Positions 1-11,402 of a stretch of 64,000 nt of DNA are shown in pieces; within the stretch, counting starts at the first letter, position 1; each line of letters begins with the position of its first letter. The notes beneath the pieces were generated by a model. That model had not been told where the DNA came from and ran no database searches. It saw only the letters and a program-made list of their open reading frames with translations. The stretch is taken from IMG/VR virus record IMGVR_UViG_3300034198_023361; one strand, written 5' to 3'. The stretch comes from an uncultured virus (IMG/VR IMGVR_UViG_3300034198_023361) (taxonomy: Duplodnaviria; Heunggongvirae; Uroviricota; Caudoviricetes). A program made the translations under genes and the position numbers.

Positions 1-36
1 AAGAGGGACATCATCGCCTTCGTACCGGGATATTAA
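1..36 (+). CDS. 3' end of an upstream gene (partial, ...KRDIIAFVPGY*)
   Basis: Frame-1 open to TAA at 34-36, 3 nt before the next ATG. Confidence 0.45.
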   Translation, partial: KRDIIAFVPGY

Positions 37-39
37 CGC

Positions 40-3000
40 ATGAATCTCTACTACAACGCCGCCGTCGATACCGATTGGAACACACTGGGCAACTGGTGGC
101 AGGACGACCAGTTCACGGTTCCGGCCGACGCTCTGCCGACGAGTGCGGATGATGTGTATTTGTATGCAAACGTAGACAGCAACGGCGGCAACGAACCGAC
201 TGTGAATGCGGTTTATGGCGGTAGTGTCTTTACGCTTTCCATCGCCATCACGACCGGATATGCGACGTATTTTTCTATTGGAGCAGAAGGCGTTCTCAAC
301 ATTCTCAACGAAGGTACGTTGTATGGCGTAAACGTGAACGGCACGGTCAACGGCGACTGCACGCTTGACACCTGCACCATTTTTGGTGGGGTTGTCAACG
401 GCGACTGTAATTTCATTAATCAGGCATACAACTACGGAACCGTGAATGGCAACGCCACGTTTGATGAAGGGTCAACAAATTCTTTAAATATTAACACCCA
501 AGGCATCGTGACAGGCGATGCGACGTTCGCTATGGACGGCGAGTATTCCTACGGGATGCTCGGCACCGTGTCCGGCGTCCGCACGTTCACCGGCAACAAC
601 GTGTCGTTCCGGTTGGCGGGCGAGGACTCTTGGACTTACGACACCACGAACTGGGTGTTCCCGAACTGTGTGCCGTTCTGGAGTTTTTACGACAGTTCGT
701 ACAACAGCGGCGCCATCACCGACAATTGCACGTTCAACGACATTTCGTACAACACCGGCACCGTCAGTGGCAACGCCACGTTCAACGCCAGTTCGTACAA
801 CAGCGGCACCATCACCGACAATTGCACGTTCAACAACAGTTCGTACAACACCGGCACCGTCAGTGGCAACGCCACGTTCAACGACAGTTCATCCAACAGC
901 GGCGGCACCGTCAGCGGAGACGCGACGTTCAATGACGGTTCGTACAACACCGGCACCGTCAGTGGCAACGCCACGTTCAACGCCAGTTCGTACAACGACT
1001 TCGGCATCGTAAACGGCGATGCGACGTTCAACGACAGTTCGAACAACAATTACGCTGGCGGCGTTACCGGAGACGCGACGTTTAACGACAGTTCGTCCAA
1101 CAGCGGCGGCACCGTCACTGGCAACGCGACTTTCAACGACAGTTCGTACAACAACGGCGGCACCATTACCGGAGACTGCACGTTTAGCGACAGTTCGTAC
1201 AACGGCGGCACCATCACCGGAGACTGCACGTTTAGCGGCAATTCGTACAGCAACGGATCCATCACCGGCAACTGCACGTTCAACGACAGTTCGCAAAATA
1301 ACGGCGACGTCAGCGGGGATGCTACATTTAACAACGGTTCGTATACCAGCAGCATCAGCACCGTCACCGGCAATGCCACATTCAACGACAGTTCGTACAA
1401 CGGCGGCACCGTCATTGGCGACGCGACGTTCACAGCCAGCGCCTACGACAAAAATCCAGTTGGCGCCGTCTGGCCACGCGGAACAGTCACGTTCAACTCA
1501 GCAAGCCCTGTAGCATTCACGATAACCTATGATAATTGGACGGCCGACACAACCTATTGGGTTTTCACCACAGCCGGACAGAGCTGGACGTTTAACGAAA
1601 GCAGCAATTACTACAGCTACGGCTACACATTGGGAAACAGCGGTACACTCAAAGGCGACGCGACGTTCAACGGCGCTTCGTACAACTACGGCGTCGTTAA
1701 CGGAACCACTACGTTCAACGGCCCGGCGTCCAACATTGGCACCGTCAATGGAAATGCTTTTTTTAGCGGTAATAGTGATTCGTTTAATTGCGGCACCGTC
1801 AACGGCGATGCAACGTTCGGCGGGTCTTCGCGAAACTACAGGAACGCTTCCATAAATGGCCCCGGCTCGACCGGCCCCGGCGGCGTCTACGGCAACGCGA
1901 CGTTCAACGACTATTCAACCAATTCTGGTTGGGGCTACTATAACGTTACTTTGGCCGGCGTCGTCAGTGGCAACGCGACGTTCACAAACAGTTTCTACTA
2001 TGATGATCCAGTTGGCACTTCATCGTATGGTGGTGGTAGTATTTTCGGCACCATTACTTTCAATTCATCTAGCCCGGTTTCGTTTTTTATGTATAGTGAT
2101 TGGTCGCTTAACACAAGCGGTTGGGTCTTCACCACAGCGGGACAGAATTGGACGTTTTATTACTACTACGTCAACTACGGCACCATCTACGGAGACTGCA
2201 CGTTCAACGGTTACAGTTCGTACAACTCCGGCACCATCTACGGAGACTGCACGTTCAACGGCTACAGTTCGTACAACTACAACACCATCTACGGAGCCTG
2301 CACGTTTTACAACTCTTCGTACAACTACAACACCATCTACGGAGCCTGCACGTTTTACAACTCTTCGTACAACTACGGCACCATCGTCGGAATCTGCGTT
2401 TTCCACGACTCTTCGTACAACAGAAACTACATCACGGGAGATTGCACGTTTTATGACGTTAGCAGCACGGGCACAAATTATGATTATGGGTATCCCGGAA
2501 TCTCTACTGGCGCTTTTATTACCGGCAATTGCACGTTCCGCGGCAGTTCAAGACTAATCGCCACTGTCAGCGGCACCAGCGTCTTTTACGATAGCGCAGC
2601 AATTGACGCTTACGGCTACCACGTGGGAAATTGCACGTTTAATAATTCTTCGCAGAATCTTTCTGATGGTTTATACATGTCTCAATCGTGGGGCATTAGC
2701 GGCTCCGCTGTGTTTAATGACAATTCACATCAAACGCCTGACCGCGGAACAATTTCAGGTGACGTTACAGCAAACCACAATAGCCGTATAAACTACAGCC
2801 GGCGCCCGCCGAGCGGGAACTGGTGGGAACCGCAGTATGATGTGGTGCAAACAGCGGTCGGGGGCAGTGTAACGTTAAACAACAACGCGTACGTTTATGG
2901 CGCAGTGATAGGCGGCAATTGCCAATTAAACGACAACTCCTATATTGATTCGCCAAGCTGGGCGGGCGGCCCGGGGAACTGTCCGTGGTATTATTTGGCT

Positions 3001-3123
3001 AATATTGGCGGTAGTTGCACGCTGCGAAAACACGCTTACGTAAAAGCAGGCGCCATTAATGGAAACGTTATTTTGTCGTACGACAAAGGCATCAACGGCA
3101 CCTCAATTTTAGGGATCATCTGA
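40..3123 (+). CDS. Beta-solenoid repeat tail fibre/adhesin-like protein
   Basis: 1027 aa; dozens of ~16-aa repeats G(N/D)(A/C)TFN(D/N)SSYNxGT(V/I); N-terminal 'DTDWNTLGNWW'; lies among tail genes. Confidence 0.7.
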   Translation: MNLYYNAAVDTDWNTLGNWWQDDQFTVPADALPTSADDVYLYANVDSNGGNEPTVNAVYGGSVFTLSIAITTGYATYFSIGAEGVLNILNEGTLYGVNVNGTVNGDCTLDTCTIFGGVVNGDCNFINQAYNYGTVNGNATFDEGSTNSLNINTQGIVTGDATFAMDGEYSYGMLGTVSGVRTFTGNNVSFRLAGEDSWTYDTTNWVFPNCVPFWSFYDSSYNSGAITDNCTFNDISYNTGTVSGNATFNASSYNSGTITDNCTFNNSSYNTGTVSGNATFNDSSSNSGGTVSGDATFNDGSYNTGTVSGNATFNASSYNDFGIVNGDATFNDSSNNNYAGGVTGDATFNDSSSNSGGTVTGNATFNDSSYNNGGTITGDCTFSDSSYNGGTITGDCTFSGNSYSNGSITGNCTFNDSSQNNGDVSGDATFNNGSYTSSISTVTGNATFNDSSYNGGTVIGDATFTASAYDKNPVGAVWPRGTVTFNSASPVAFTITYDNWTADTTYWVFTTAGQSWTFNESSNYYSYGYTLGNSGTLKGDATFNGASYNYGVVNGTTTFNGPASNIGTVNGNAFFSGNSDSFNCGTVNGDATFGGSSRNYRNASINGPGSTGPGGVYGNATFNDYSTNSGWGYYNVTLAGVVSGNATFTNSFYYDDPVGTSSYGGGSIFGTITFNSSSPVSFFMYSDWSLNTSGWVFTTAGQNWTFYYYYVNYGTIYGDCTFNGYSSYNSGTIYGDCTFNGYSSYNYNTIYGACTFYNSSYNYNTIYGACTFYNSSYNYGTIVGICVFHDSSYNRNYITGDCTFYDVSSTGTNYDYGYPGISTGAFITGNCTFRGSSRLIATVSGTSVFYDSAAIDAYGYHVGNCTFNNSSQNLSDGLYMSQSWGISGSAVFNDNSHQTPDRGTISGDVTANHNSRINYSRRPPSGNWWEPQYDVVQTAVGGSVTLNNNAYVYGAVIGGNCQLNDNSYIDSPSWAGGPGNCPWYYLANIGGSCTLRKHAYVKAGAINGNVILSYDKGINGTSILGII

Positions 3124-3124
3124 C

Positions 3125-3475
3125 ATGAATTTACCGCAACCAGTTACGATTCAACCCCCAAGCGTCAAATTTTTAGATGGCACAACGCGAGAGTTTCCGC
3201 CGTTTACGGTAGACAAACTCAATGTCACGCTTCACGACAACGCCACCGCGCGGTCAACGATGGCGCAGATTGATCGGTTCCCGCAGTTTATAGTTCTTTG
3301 GCTCGGCGATGCCTACGACGCTGCCGGCGACTACACGCAAGCGCAGGCCGAAGCCCGCATTCTTGAATTGCTTGGTGCCGATCTTAAAACGGGTTTAGAG
3401 CGCTTGTTTTTCTCAGGGCCGCCTAAACCACAAGAACCGGTAGCCCCGGCTACTGCGCCGGCTGGCGATGCTTGA
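3125..3475 (+). CDS. Small protein, putative fibre chaperone (paralog of 7113-7427)
   Basis: Shares LW..DAYDAAGDYTQAQ.E.R.LELLG.D.K.GLE.LF with 7113-7427; directly follows a fibre gene. Confidence 0.65.
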   Translation: MNLPQPVTIQPPSVKFLDGTTREFPPFTVDKLNVTLHDNATARSTMAQIDRFPQFIVLWLGDAYDAAGDYTQAQAEARILELLGADLKTGLERLFFSGPPKPQEPVAPATAPAGDA

Positions 3476-6400
3476 CATTAAATAACTGCATAAAGCGGTT
3501 TAACATGACAATAAGTTCACGTAATTTTCGTGCTTCAGCGCGCTCAGATGTGCCCGTACCTCGCCGCCTTTTTTTCACTGGCGCCGCAGATAACGACTGG
3601 GCGAATCTGGCAAATTGGTCTGAAAACGCAAGCAACACGCGACCAGCCACGCGACTACCTGTTTTTGTAGATCGCGTAGTTTCGTCTGTCAGTATTACAA
3701 CAAATAGCGGCGCGCCAGCGCGGGTTGCCTCGTTGTCTTTATACGGCGCTAGCGTACTCAGCGTGCCCGTGCAGGTAACGCGGTTCGCTCGGTTTGGCGG
3801 CACCGCGAGCAACAACAGTACCGTTACCGGCCCAGCCCGTTTCGGCGACACTGCTGCGAATAACGGCACTGTCACTGGTGACGCGGAGTTTGAACAGGAT
3901 GCCGTAAACGGCGCTACGGGCGTTGTAACTGGCACAGCAAGTTTTCACGGCACAGAAAACTGTCGCAACAACGGAACTGTTGGCGCAGGCGGCGCATTTT
4001 TATGGCTCGCATGCAACTATGGTTCGCTTACCGGAAATCCAACGTTTACAGGCTACACGCAAAATCACGGCACAATCATCGGGAATCCAATATTTAACGC
4101 TGCCTCCGGCAATAGACCGGGCGGCATTATCACCGGCAATCCGTCATTTACAGGCAACGCGTACAATAACGGCACAATCAACGGGAATCCGACGTTTGTC
4201 GGTCCCCTTTCACAAAATAGCGGTGCTGGCGTAATCAACGGCAATCCAACATTCACGTTCGCCGTTAATCAAGCCACCATCACGGGCGACCCATTATTTT
4301 TGGCTACTTCACGTAACTATGGCCTTATCACCGGCAATCCGACGTTCAACGATAGTGCGAGCAACTACTCCATCGGCACCGTCAACGGCAACGCGACATT
4401 TAACGGCGACTCAAGGAATGAAAACGGCGGCATTATCAACGGCAATGCAACATTTAACATTAACGCGCTAAATAGTGGCAACGGAACCAGAGTCAACGGC
4501 AACGCAACGTTTAACAATAACTCCGTAAACGACGCGAACAGCGTAGTCAGCGGCAACGCGACGTTTAACAATAACGCTAGAAACTCCGGCCGCGTTGATG
4601 GCGACGCGACGTTCCCGCGGTTCACGGCTGTCGACGGTGTTGTAACAACAACGTACACGTCTACTGGATTAAATGGAAACGTTGGCGGTGTTACTCGTGG
4701 CGCTGACAACAACGTAATTACGGTTTGGGTACTGACTAGCGGCAGTGTTAACGGCCCTGTCACGGGCAATCTTACGCTTAACGGCTCAAGCACCGTCGTC
4801 ACCGGCGCGACGATAAACGGCAATGTAACGTTTAACGGCAATTCCATGGCCGGCGGCCAGATAACTGGAAACGCAACTTTTACCGGCAACGCGCACATGC
4901 ACGGCGGCACCGTCACCGGCAACGCAACGTTTACGGCGGCATCGTATACGGGCAATCCAGTAGGTGGCACTATCAACGGAACGGTGACGTTCAACTCAGC
5001 AACCCCCGTAGGATTCTCGCTAACCAATCTTGCTTGGTCTGCTAACGCAAGCAATTGGGTTTTCACTACAGCGGGACAGAATTGGACGTTCTCCGGCACG
5101 GGCGGCAACGCCGGCACCGTCAAGGGCAACGCAACGTTTAACAACTCTACGGCCAACATCGGCACCGTCACCGGCAACGCGACGTTTACGGCGGCATCGT
5201 ATACGAGCAATCCAGTAGGCGGCACTATCAACGGAACGGTGACGTTCAACTCAGCAACCCCTGTAGGATTCTTGCTAACTAATCTCACTTGGTCTGCTAA
5301 CGCAAGCAATTGGGTTTTCACTACAGCGGGACAGAATTGGACGTTTGCCGGCACTTCTTCCAACACTGGCACCGTCAAGGGCGCTGCGGCGTTCTCCGGT
5401 ACTTCCTCCAACACCGGCACCGTCACCGGCAACGCAACGTTCAGTAGCGCTTCTTCCAACAGCGGCACTGTCACTGGCACGGCAACATTTAATGATACAG
5501 CGCAATTTACCAGCGGCACAATTACCGGACTGAAAACTTTTAATAACTCTGCCATAAACGCTGCAACCATTACATCCGGGCCCGCACTCATATTTAACAA
5601 CATCGCAAATAATTCTGGTGTTGTTTCCGTTGCAGGTACGTTCAACGATGGTGCTATTAATACCGGCACTATCGGAACTGGGTCAGTATTCAATACTAGC
5701 ACGTGCAATTTCGGCACCGTTAGCGGCAACGCGACGTTTAACAACAACTCTGCTAACCGCGGTTCAGTTACCGGTTCGGGAACATTTAACAACGCCGCCT
5801 GTAACAGCGGTACGGTCAGCGGCGCTATCATCGGCTCCCCGGCCGTATGCACCGGCGTCTCTGTGCAATACCTCGTTGTAGCTGGCGGCGGCGGCGGTAA
5901 ATACAATGGTGGTGGCGGTGCCGGCGGATTACGCGCGGCCATTAATTACTCAATTGAGCAGGGCAGCGCACTCACTGTAACTGTTGGAGCGGGCGGCGCG
6001 GTGGGTAATAACGGAAGCAATTCTGTTTTTGATGCTATTACGTCTATCGGCGGCGGGCGGGCTGGCACCGTAGCATTACCGGGTGCAAATGGCGGCAGCG
6101 GCGGTGGCGGGAGTTGGCCCTACTGCGGCAGTAATCGAGAAAATGGTTTAGGCACCGCAGGCCAAGGAAACAACGGCGGGCGTGCTGCTATAGGCCACTC
6201 TGGCGGGACTTGTGACGCCATCACCGCCGGCGGCGGCGGTGGCGGAGCCGGTGCGGCGGGCGGTGATGGCGTAGCGCCAACTAGTAATAGTCCTACAGTT
6301 GGTGGGGCAGGTGGTGTTGGGCTACAGTCGTCAATTACCGGCGTCTCAACATATTATGCGGGCGGCGGTGGCGGTGGCGCCCAACGCGATTCATGGGTGG

Positions 6401-6687
6401 GTATAGGCAATGTGCGAATTCCCGGCGCCGGTGGTCTTGGCGGCGGCGGAGCCGGCGGTCAATGTTCATCCGATTATTGCCCCGCGGGCGGGACTGCCGG
6501 AACCGCTAACACTGGTGGCGGCGGTGGCGGGGGATCGCGGCAGGCGTCCCCGGCAGCGGGCGGCTCGGGCGTCGTGATTATTCGTTCTCCGGTGCCGGCA
6601 GTATTGACCACTGGCTCGCCAACAGTAACTACAGTTGGCGGCCAAACGGTTTACAAATTCACCGGCAGCGGCAGCATCAGATTCTAG
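3472..6687 (+). CDS. Second beta-solenoid repeat fibre protein with C-terminal glycine-rich domain
   Basis: GNATFN repeats; C-terminal 'VQYLVVAGGGGG...GGSGVVIIR...YKFTGSGSI' typical of glycine-rich phage tail proteins; real start may be ATG 3505. Confidence 0.75.
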   Translation: MTLNNCIKRFNMTISSRNFRASARSDVPVPRRLFFTGAADNDWANLANWSENASNTRPATRLPVFVDRVVSSVSITTNSGAPARVASLSLYGASVLSVPVQVTRFARFGGTASNNSTVTGPARFGDTAANNGTVTGDAEFEQDAVNGATGVVTGTASFHGTENCRNNGTVGAGGAFLWLACNYGSLTGNPTFTGYTQNHGTIIGNPIFNAASGNRPGGIITGNPSFTGNAYNNGTINGNPTFVGPLSQNSGAGVINGNPTFTFAVNQATITGDPLFLATSRNYGLITGNPTFNDSASNYSIGTVNGNATFNGDSRNENGGIINGNATFNINALNSGNGTRVNGNATFNNNSVNDANSVVSGNATFNNNARNSGRVDGDATFPRFTAVDGVVTTTYTSTGLNGNVGGVTRGADNNVITVWVLTSGSVNGPVTGNLTLNGSSTVVTGATINGNVTFNGNSMAGGQITGNATFTGNAHMHGGTVTGNATFTAASYTGNPVGGTINGTVTFNSATPVGFSLTNLAWSANASNWVFTTAGQNWTFSGTGGNAGTVKGNATFNNSTANIGTVTGNATFTAASYTSNPVGGTINGTVTFNSATPVGFLLTNLTWSANASNWVFTTAGQNWTFAGTSSNTGTVKGAAAFSGTSSNTGTVTGNATFSSASSNSGTVTGTATFNDTAQFTSGTITGLKTFNNSAINAATITSGPALIFNNIANNSGVVSVAGTFNDGAINTGTIGTGSVFNTSTCNFGTVSGNATFNNNSANRGSVTGSGTFNNAACNSGTVSGAIIGSPAVCTGVSVQYLVVAGGGGGKYNGGGGAGGLRAAINYSIEQGSALTVTVGAGGAVGNNGSNSVFDAITSIGGGRAGTVALPGANGGSGGGGSWPYCGSNRENGLGTAGQGNNGGRAAIGHSGGTCDAITAGGGGGGAGAAGGDGVAPTSNSPTVGGAGGVGLQSSITGVSTYYAGGGGGGAQRDSWVGIGNVRIPGAGGLGGGGAGGQCSSDYCPAGGTAGTANTGGGGGGGSRQASPAAGGSGVVIIRSPVPAVLTTGSPTVTTVGGQTVYKFTGSGSIRF
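4905..5345 (+). repeat. ~240 bp near-identical tandem duplication inside the fibre gene
   Basis: GTVTGNATFTAASYT.NPVGGTINGTVTFNSATPVGF.LTNL.WSANASNWVFTTAGQNWTF occurs twice with nearly identical DNA. Confidence 0.85.
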
Positions 6688-6698
6688 AAAGGAAAGAT

Positions 6699-7055
6699 AT
6701 GGCGCACTTTGCTGAACTAGATGAGTCAAACATAGTCACGCAGGTAGTTGTTGTGCATGACAACGAACTGCTTGTTGATGACGTGGAGACTGAGAGCAAA
6801 GGAGTTGACTTTTTAGAATCGCTTTTTGGTCACCGACGTTGGGTGCAGACAAGTTACAACGCTAACAAACGATACAACTACGCCGGTGTCGGTTTCGTTT
6901 ACGACAGCGAGCGTGATGCGTTTATCGCTCCGCAGCCTTATCCGTCATGGTCGCTGGACGAGCAATGCCAGTGGCGAGCCCCAACGCCAAAACCTGACGA
7001 TGGCGCATACTATCATTGGGACGAAACTGCTCGCACTTGGTTTGCCGCTGTTTAA
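6699..7055 (+). CDS. Conserved phage protein (MAHFAEL family) accompanying glycine-rich tail proteins
   Basis: MAHFAELDESNIVTQVVVV...WVQTSYN...YAGVG..YD..RDAFIAPQPYPSW; RBS GAAAGGA. Confidence 0.8.
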   Translation: MAHFAELDESNIVTQVVVVHDNELLVDDVETESKGVDFLESLFGHRRWVQTSYNANKRYNYAGVGFVYDSERDAFIAPQPYPSWSLDEQCQWRAPTPKPDDGAYYHWDETARTWFAAV

Positions 7056-7112
7056 CCGCTATATTGATGCTTTTTGTTTTGTCCCGGTTGTTTTAACAGG
7101 AGTAATTTAACG

Positions 7113-7427
7113 ATGATTCTTTCAAATCCCGTCACTATTCAGCCGCCCACAATCACCCGCAGCACGGGTGAGGTTCGCGTCCAGAAGCCTATCACGCTCA
7201 CTGAACTGGACATCACGGTCATTGATAATGCCAAGCACAAGTCGTGTATTGCGCGAGTTCATCCATGTCCGGTTCCGCTTGTCCTGTGGGAAAAAGAAAC
7301 CTACGACGCAGCCGGTGATTACACGCAGGCGCAGGTCGAAACCCGCGTGTTGGAGTTGCTAGGCAGCGACGTGAAGGCCGGGCTGGAGAATTTGTTTGTG
7401 CCGCCGACAGTTAGGGCGCGTGCGTAG
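7113..7427 (+). CDS. Putative fibre chaperone (paralog of 3125-3475)
   Basis: RBS AGGAG upstream of ATG 7113; clear paralogy. Confidence 0.7.
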   Translation: MILSNPVTIQPPTITRSTGEVRVQKPITLTELDITVIDNAKHKSCIARVHPCPVPLVLWEKETYDAAGDYTQAQVETRVLELLGSDVKAGLENLFVPPTVRARA

Positions 7428-7502
7428 ACAAATCGGAACTGCGTAAGACTGCGCTCCTGACAGCGACGTTCAGCCGTCGTAATGGTAAACACTGCGAAGC
7501 AC

Positions 7503-7546
7503 ACCCGCCGGGCCTCTCGACGATGCTCACTCGGCGGGTCTTTTTT
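7503..7546 (+). terminator. Intrinsic terminator
   Basis: ACCCGCCGGG...CTCGGCGGGT stem followed by CTTTTTT. Confidence 0.7.
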
Positions 7547-7556
7547 AGGTTGTGAC

Positions 7557-7703
7557 ATGAGCGGCTGGTTGATTCTTGTTGTGTCTGCTATTTATGCGTA
7601 TGCTGCTGTTGAACAATGCTGGAAAAATAATCCGTGGCTTGGATTAGCTTTCTTTTGCTACGCCATCAGTAACGTTGCCATGTATCAACTCTCGTCAAAA
7701 TAA
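7557..7703 (+). CDS. Small two-TM membrane protein
   Basis: MSGWLILVVSAIYAYAAVEQ...GLAFFCYAISNVAM. Confidence 0.6.
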   Translation: MSGWLILVVSAIYAYAAVEQCWKNNPWLGLAFFCYAISNVAMYQLSSK

Positions 7704-7711
7704 TTGTACTG

Positions 7712-7981
7712 GTGAATACAATGCTGTTGATTGCGTGCTTTGTGGCGGGGTTGGTCACTGGTGTCGTCGGTTACTGGGTCGGGCATAAAATTTACTGGCA
7801 TGTGAAAACGCCCCGGCTTGTTCGGCGGCATTTTTCAACGCTGCGCTATCGCCGTCGTCTCGGTTTGACGTTACGGCATCGATATCATTTTTTGGCGCGC
7901 CCGCGGACTTACACCGGCCGTCACAGCGATTACAGGCTCAGTAAGCTGTTTAAAAAACTCGACCAGCAAGACAACGATTGA
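7712..7981 (+). CDS. Hypothetical protein with N-terminal TM helix
   Basis: ORF fills the gap between genes; hydrophobic N-terminus, basic tail. Confidence 0.5.
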   Translation: MNTMLLIACFVAGLVTGVVGYWVGHKIYWHVKTPRLVRRHFSTLRYRRRLGLTLRHRYHFLARPRTYTGRHSDYRLSKLFKKLDQQDND

Positions 7982-8006
7982 TCAGCCAAAATATGCTATT
8001 TTATAG

Positions 8007-10385
<2,379 letters not shown>

Positions 10386-11399
10386 ATGATTACACGCATT
10401 TTACTTCGTCGTGGTGCCGCCGTTGACTGGACGGCCGCAAACCCAACGCTCAGCGACGGCGAGATGGGCGTTGAAGTAGACACACGCAAATTCAAGTTTG
10501 GCGACGGTACAACTGCGTGGAACGATCTGCCGTACGCGGTTGGAATAAACAACAGCACCGGCAGCAACATTCAGGGCGTGACGAGCATTTGGCCGCCATC
10601 CGCGACTCCCGCGGTTGGCGACGTTTATATTCTCGCCGATCCCGTACCAACTGGTTCGCCTGCGGGTAGTCAACCGGCCGATGCCGTAATCTGGACGGGC
10701 GTCGCATGGGAAAACATCGGTCCCGTGGCGGTGATACAAGGTCCGACGGGGCTAATGGGCGCCATGGGTGCAACTGGCGTTACAGGTCCGGTTGCTGCCA
10801 CAGGCCCGTCCGGCCCGACGGGGCCCATAGGCCCAACTGGCGCTACGGGCGTAACTGGCCCAACAGGCGTCAACGGCCCCACGGGGGTTATGGGGCCAAC
10901 AGGGCCGTCTGGACCAGCACCGGCTGTTGCGGCCGGTCCGACAGACGATAGCGTGATTATCGGCGGAGTAACTATAAGAGCTGCGCGCGGGCAAACGGGT
11001 CCAACTGGTGTTACAGGCCCAACCGGAGTCACTGGACCAACTGGGCCGACAGGTATTACCGGCCCCACAGGACCATCTGGGCCTACGGGCACGTTTGCTA
11101 TCGCACAAACTGTTAAAACAATTGGTACGTCATATACATTAATAGCCGCCGACGCGGGTGTTGCTTTAATTTGTACTGCCAACGCACCAATAACAATCAC
11201 AATACCGCTCAATGTTTTAAGCGTCGGCGCATACATCGATATTGTGCAACTAGGCGGCGGTCAACTTTCGTTTAATGCTGCCGCCGGCGTCACACTAAAT
11301 GCAACACCCGGCTTCAGGTCACGTGCTCGCTACAGCGTTGCAAGTCTTTTGCAGTATGCCACAAACCAGTGGATCCTAGCCGGCGACCTTGCAGAGTGA
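10386..11399 (+). CDS. Collagen-like fibre with Mtd-N-like N-terminal domain
   Basis: [43 protein letters not shown]; Gly-X-Y tract; C-terminal WILAGDLA. Confidence 0.85.
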   Translation: MITRILLRRGAAVDWTAANPTLSDGEMGVEVDTRKFKFGDGTTAWNDLPYAVGINNSTGSNIQGVTSIWPPSATPAVGDVYILADPVPTGSPAGSQPADAVIWTGVAWENIGPVAVIQGPTGLMGAMGATGVTGPVAATGPSGPTGPIGPTGATGVTGPTGVNGPTGVMGPTGPSGPAPAVAAGPTDDSVIIGGVTIRAARGQTGPTGVTGPTGVTGPTGPTGITGPTGPSGPTGTFAIAQTVKTIGTSYTLIAADAGVALICTANAPITITIPLNVLSVGAYIDIVQLGGGQLSFNAAAGVTLNATPGFRSRARYSVASLLQYATNQWILAGDLAE

Positions 11400-11402
11400 T
11401 TT

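Noticed and set aside
680..2430. DGR-like variation (AAC/TAC/GAC/AGC codons) among fibre repeats
   Set aside because: No reverse transcriptase or non-coding template repeat in the window; non-adenine positions also vary; NNC codon preference explains it.
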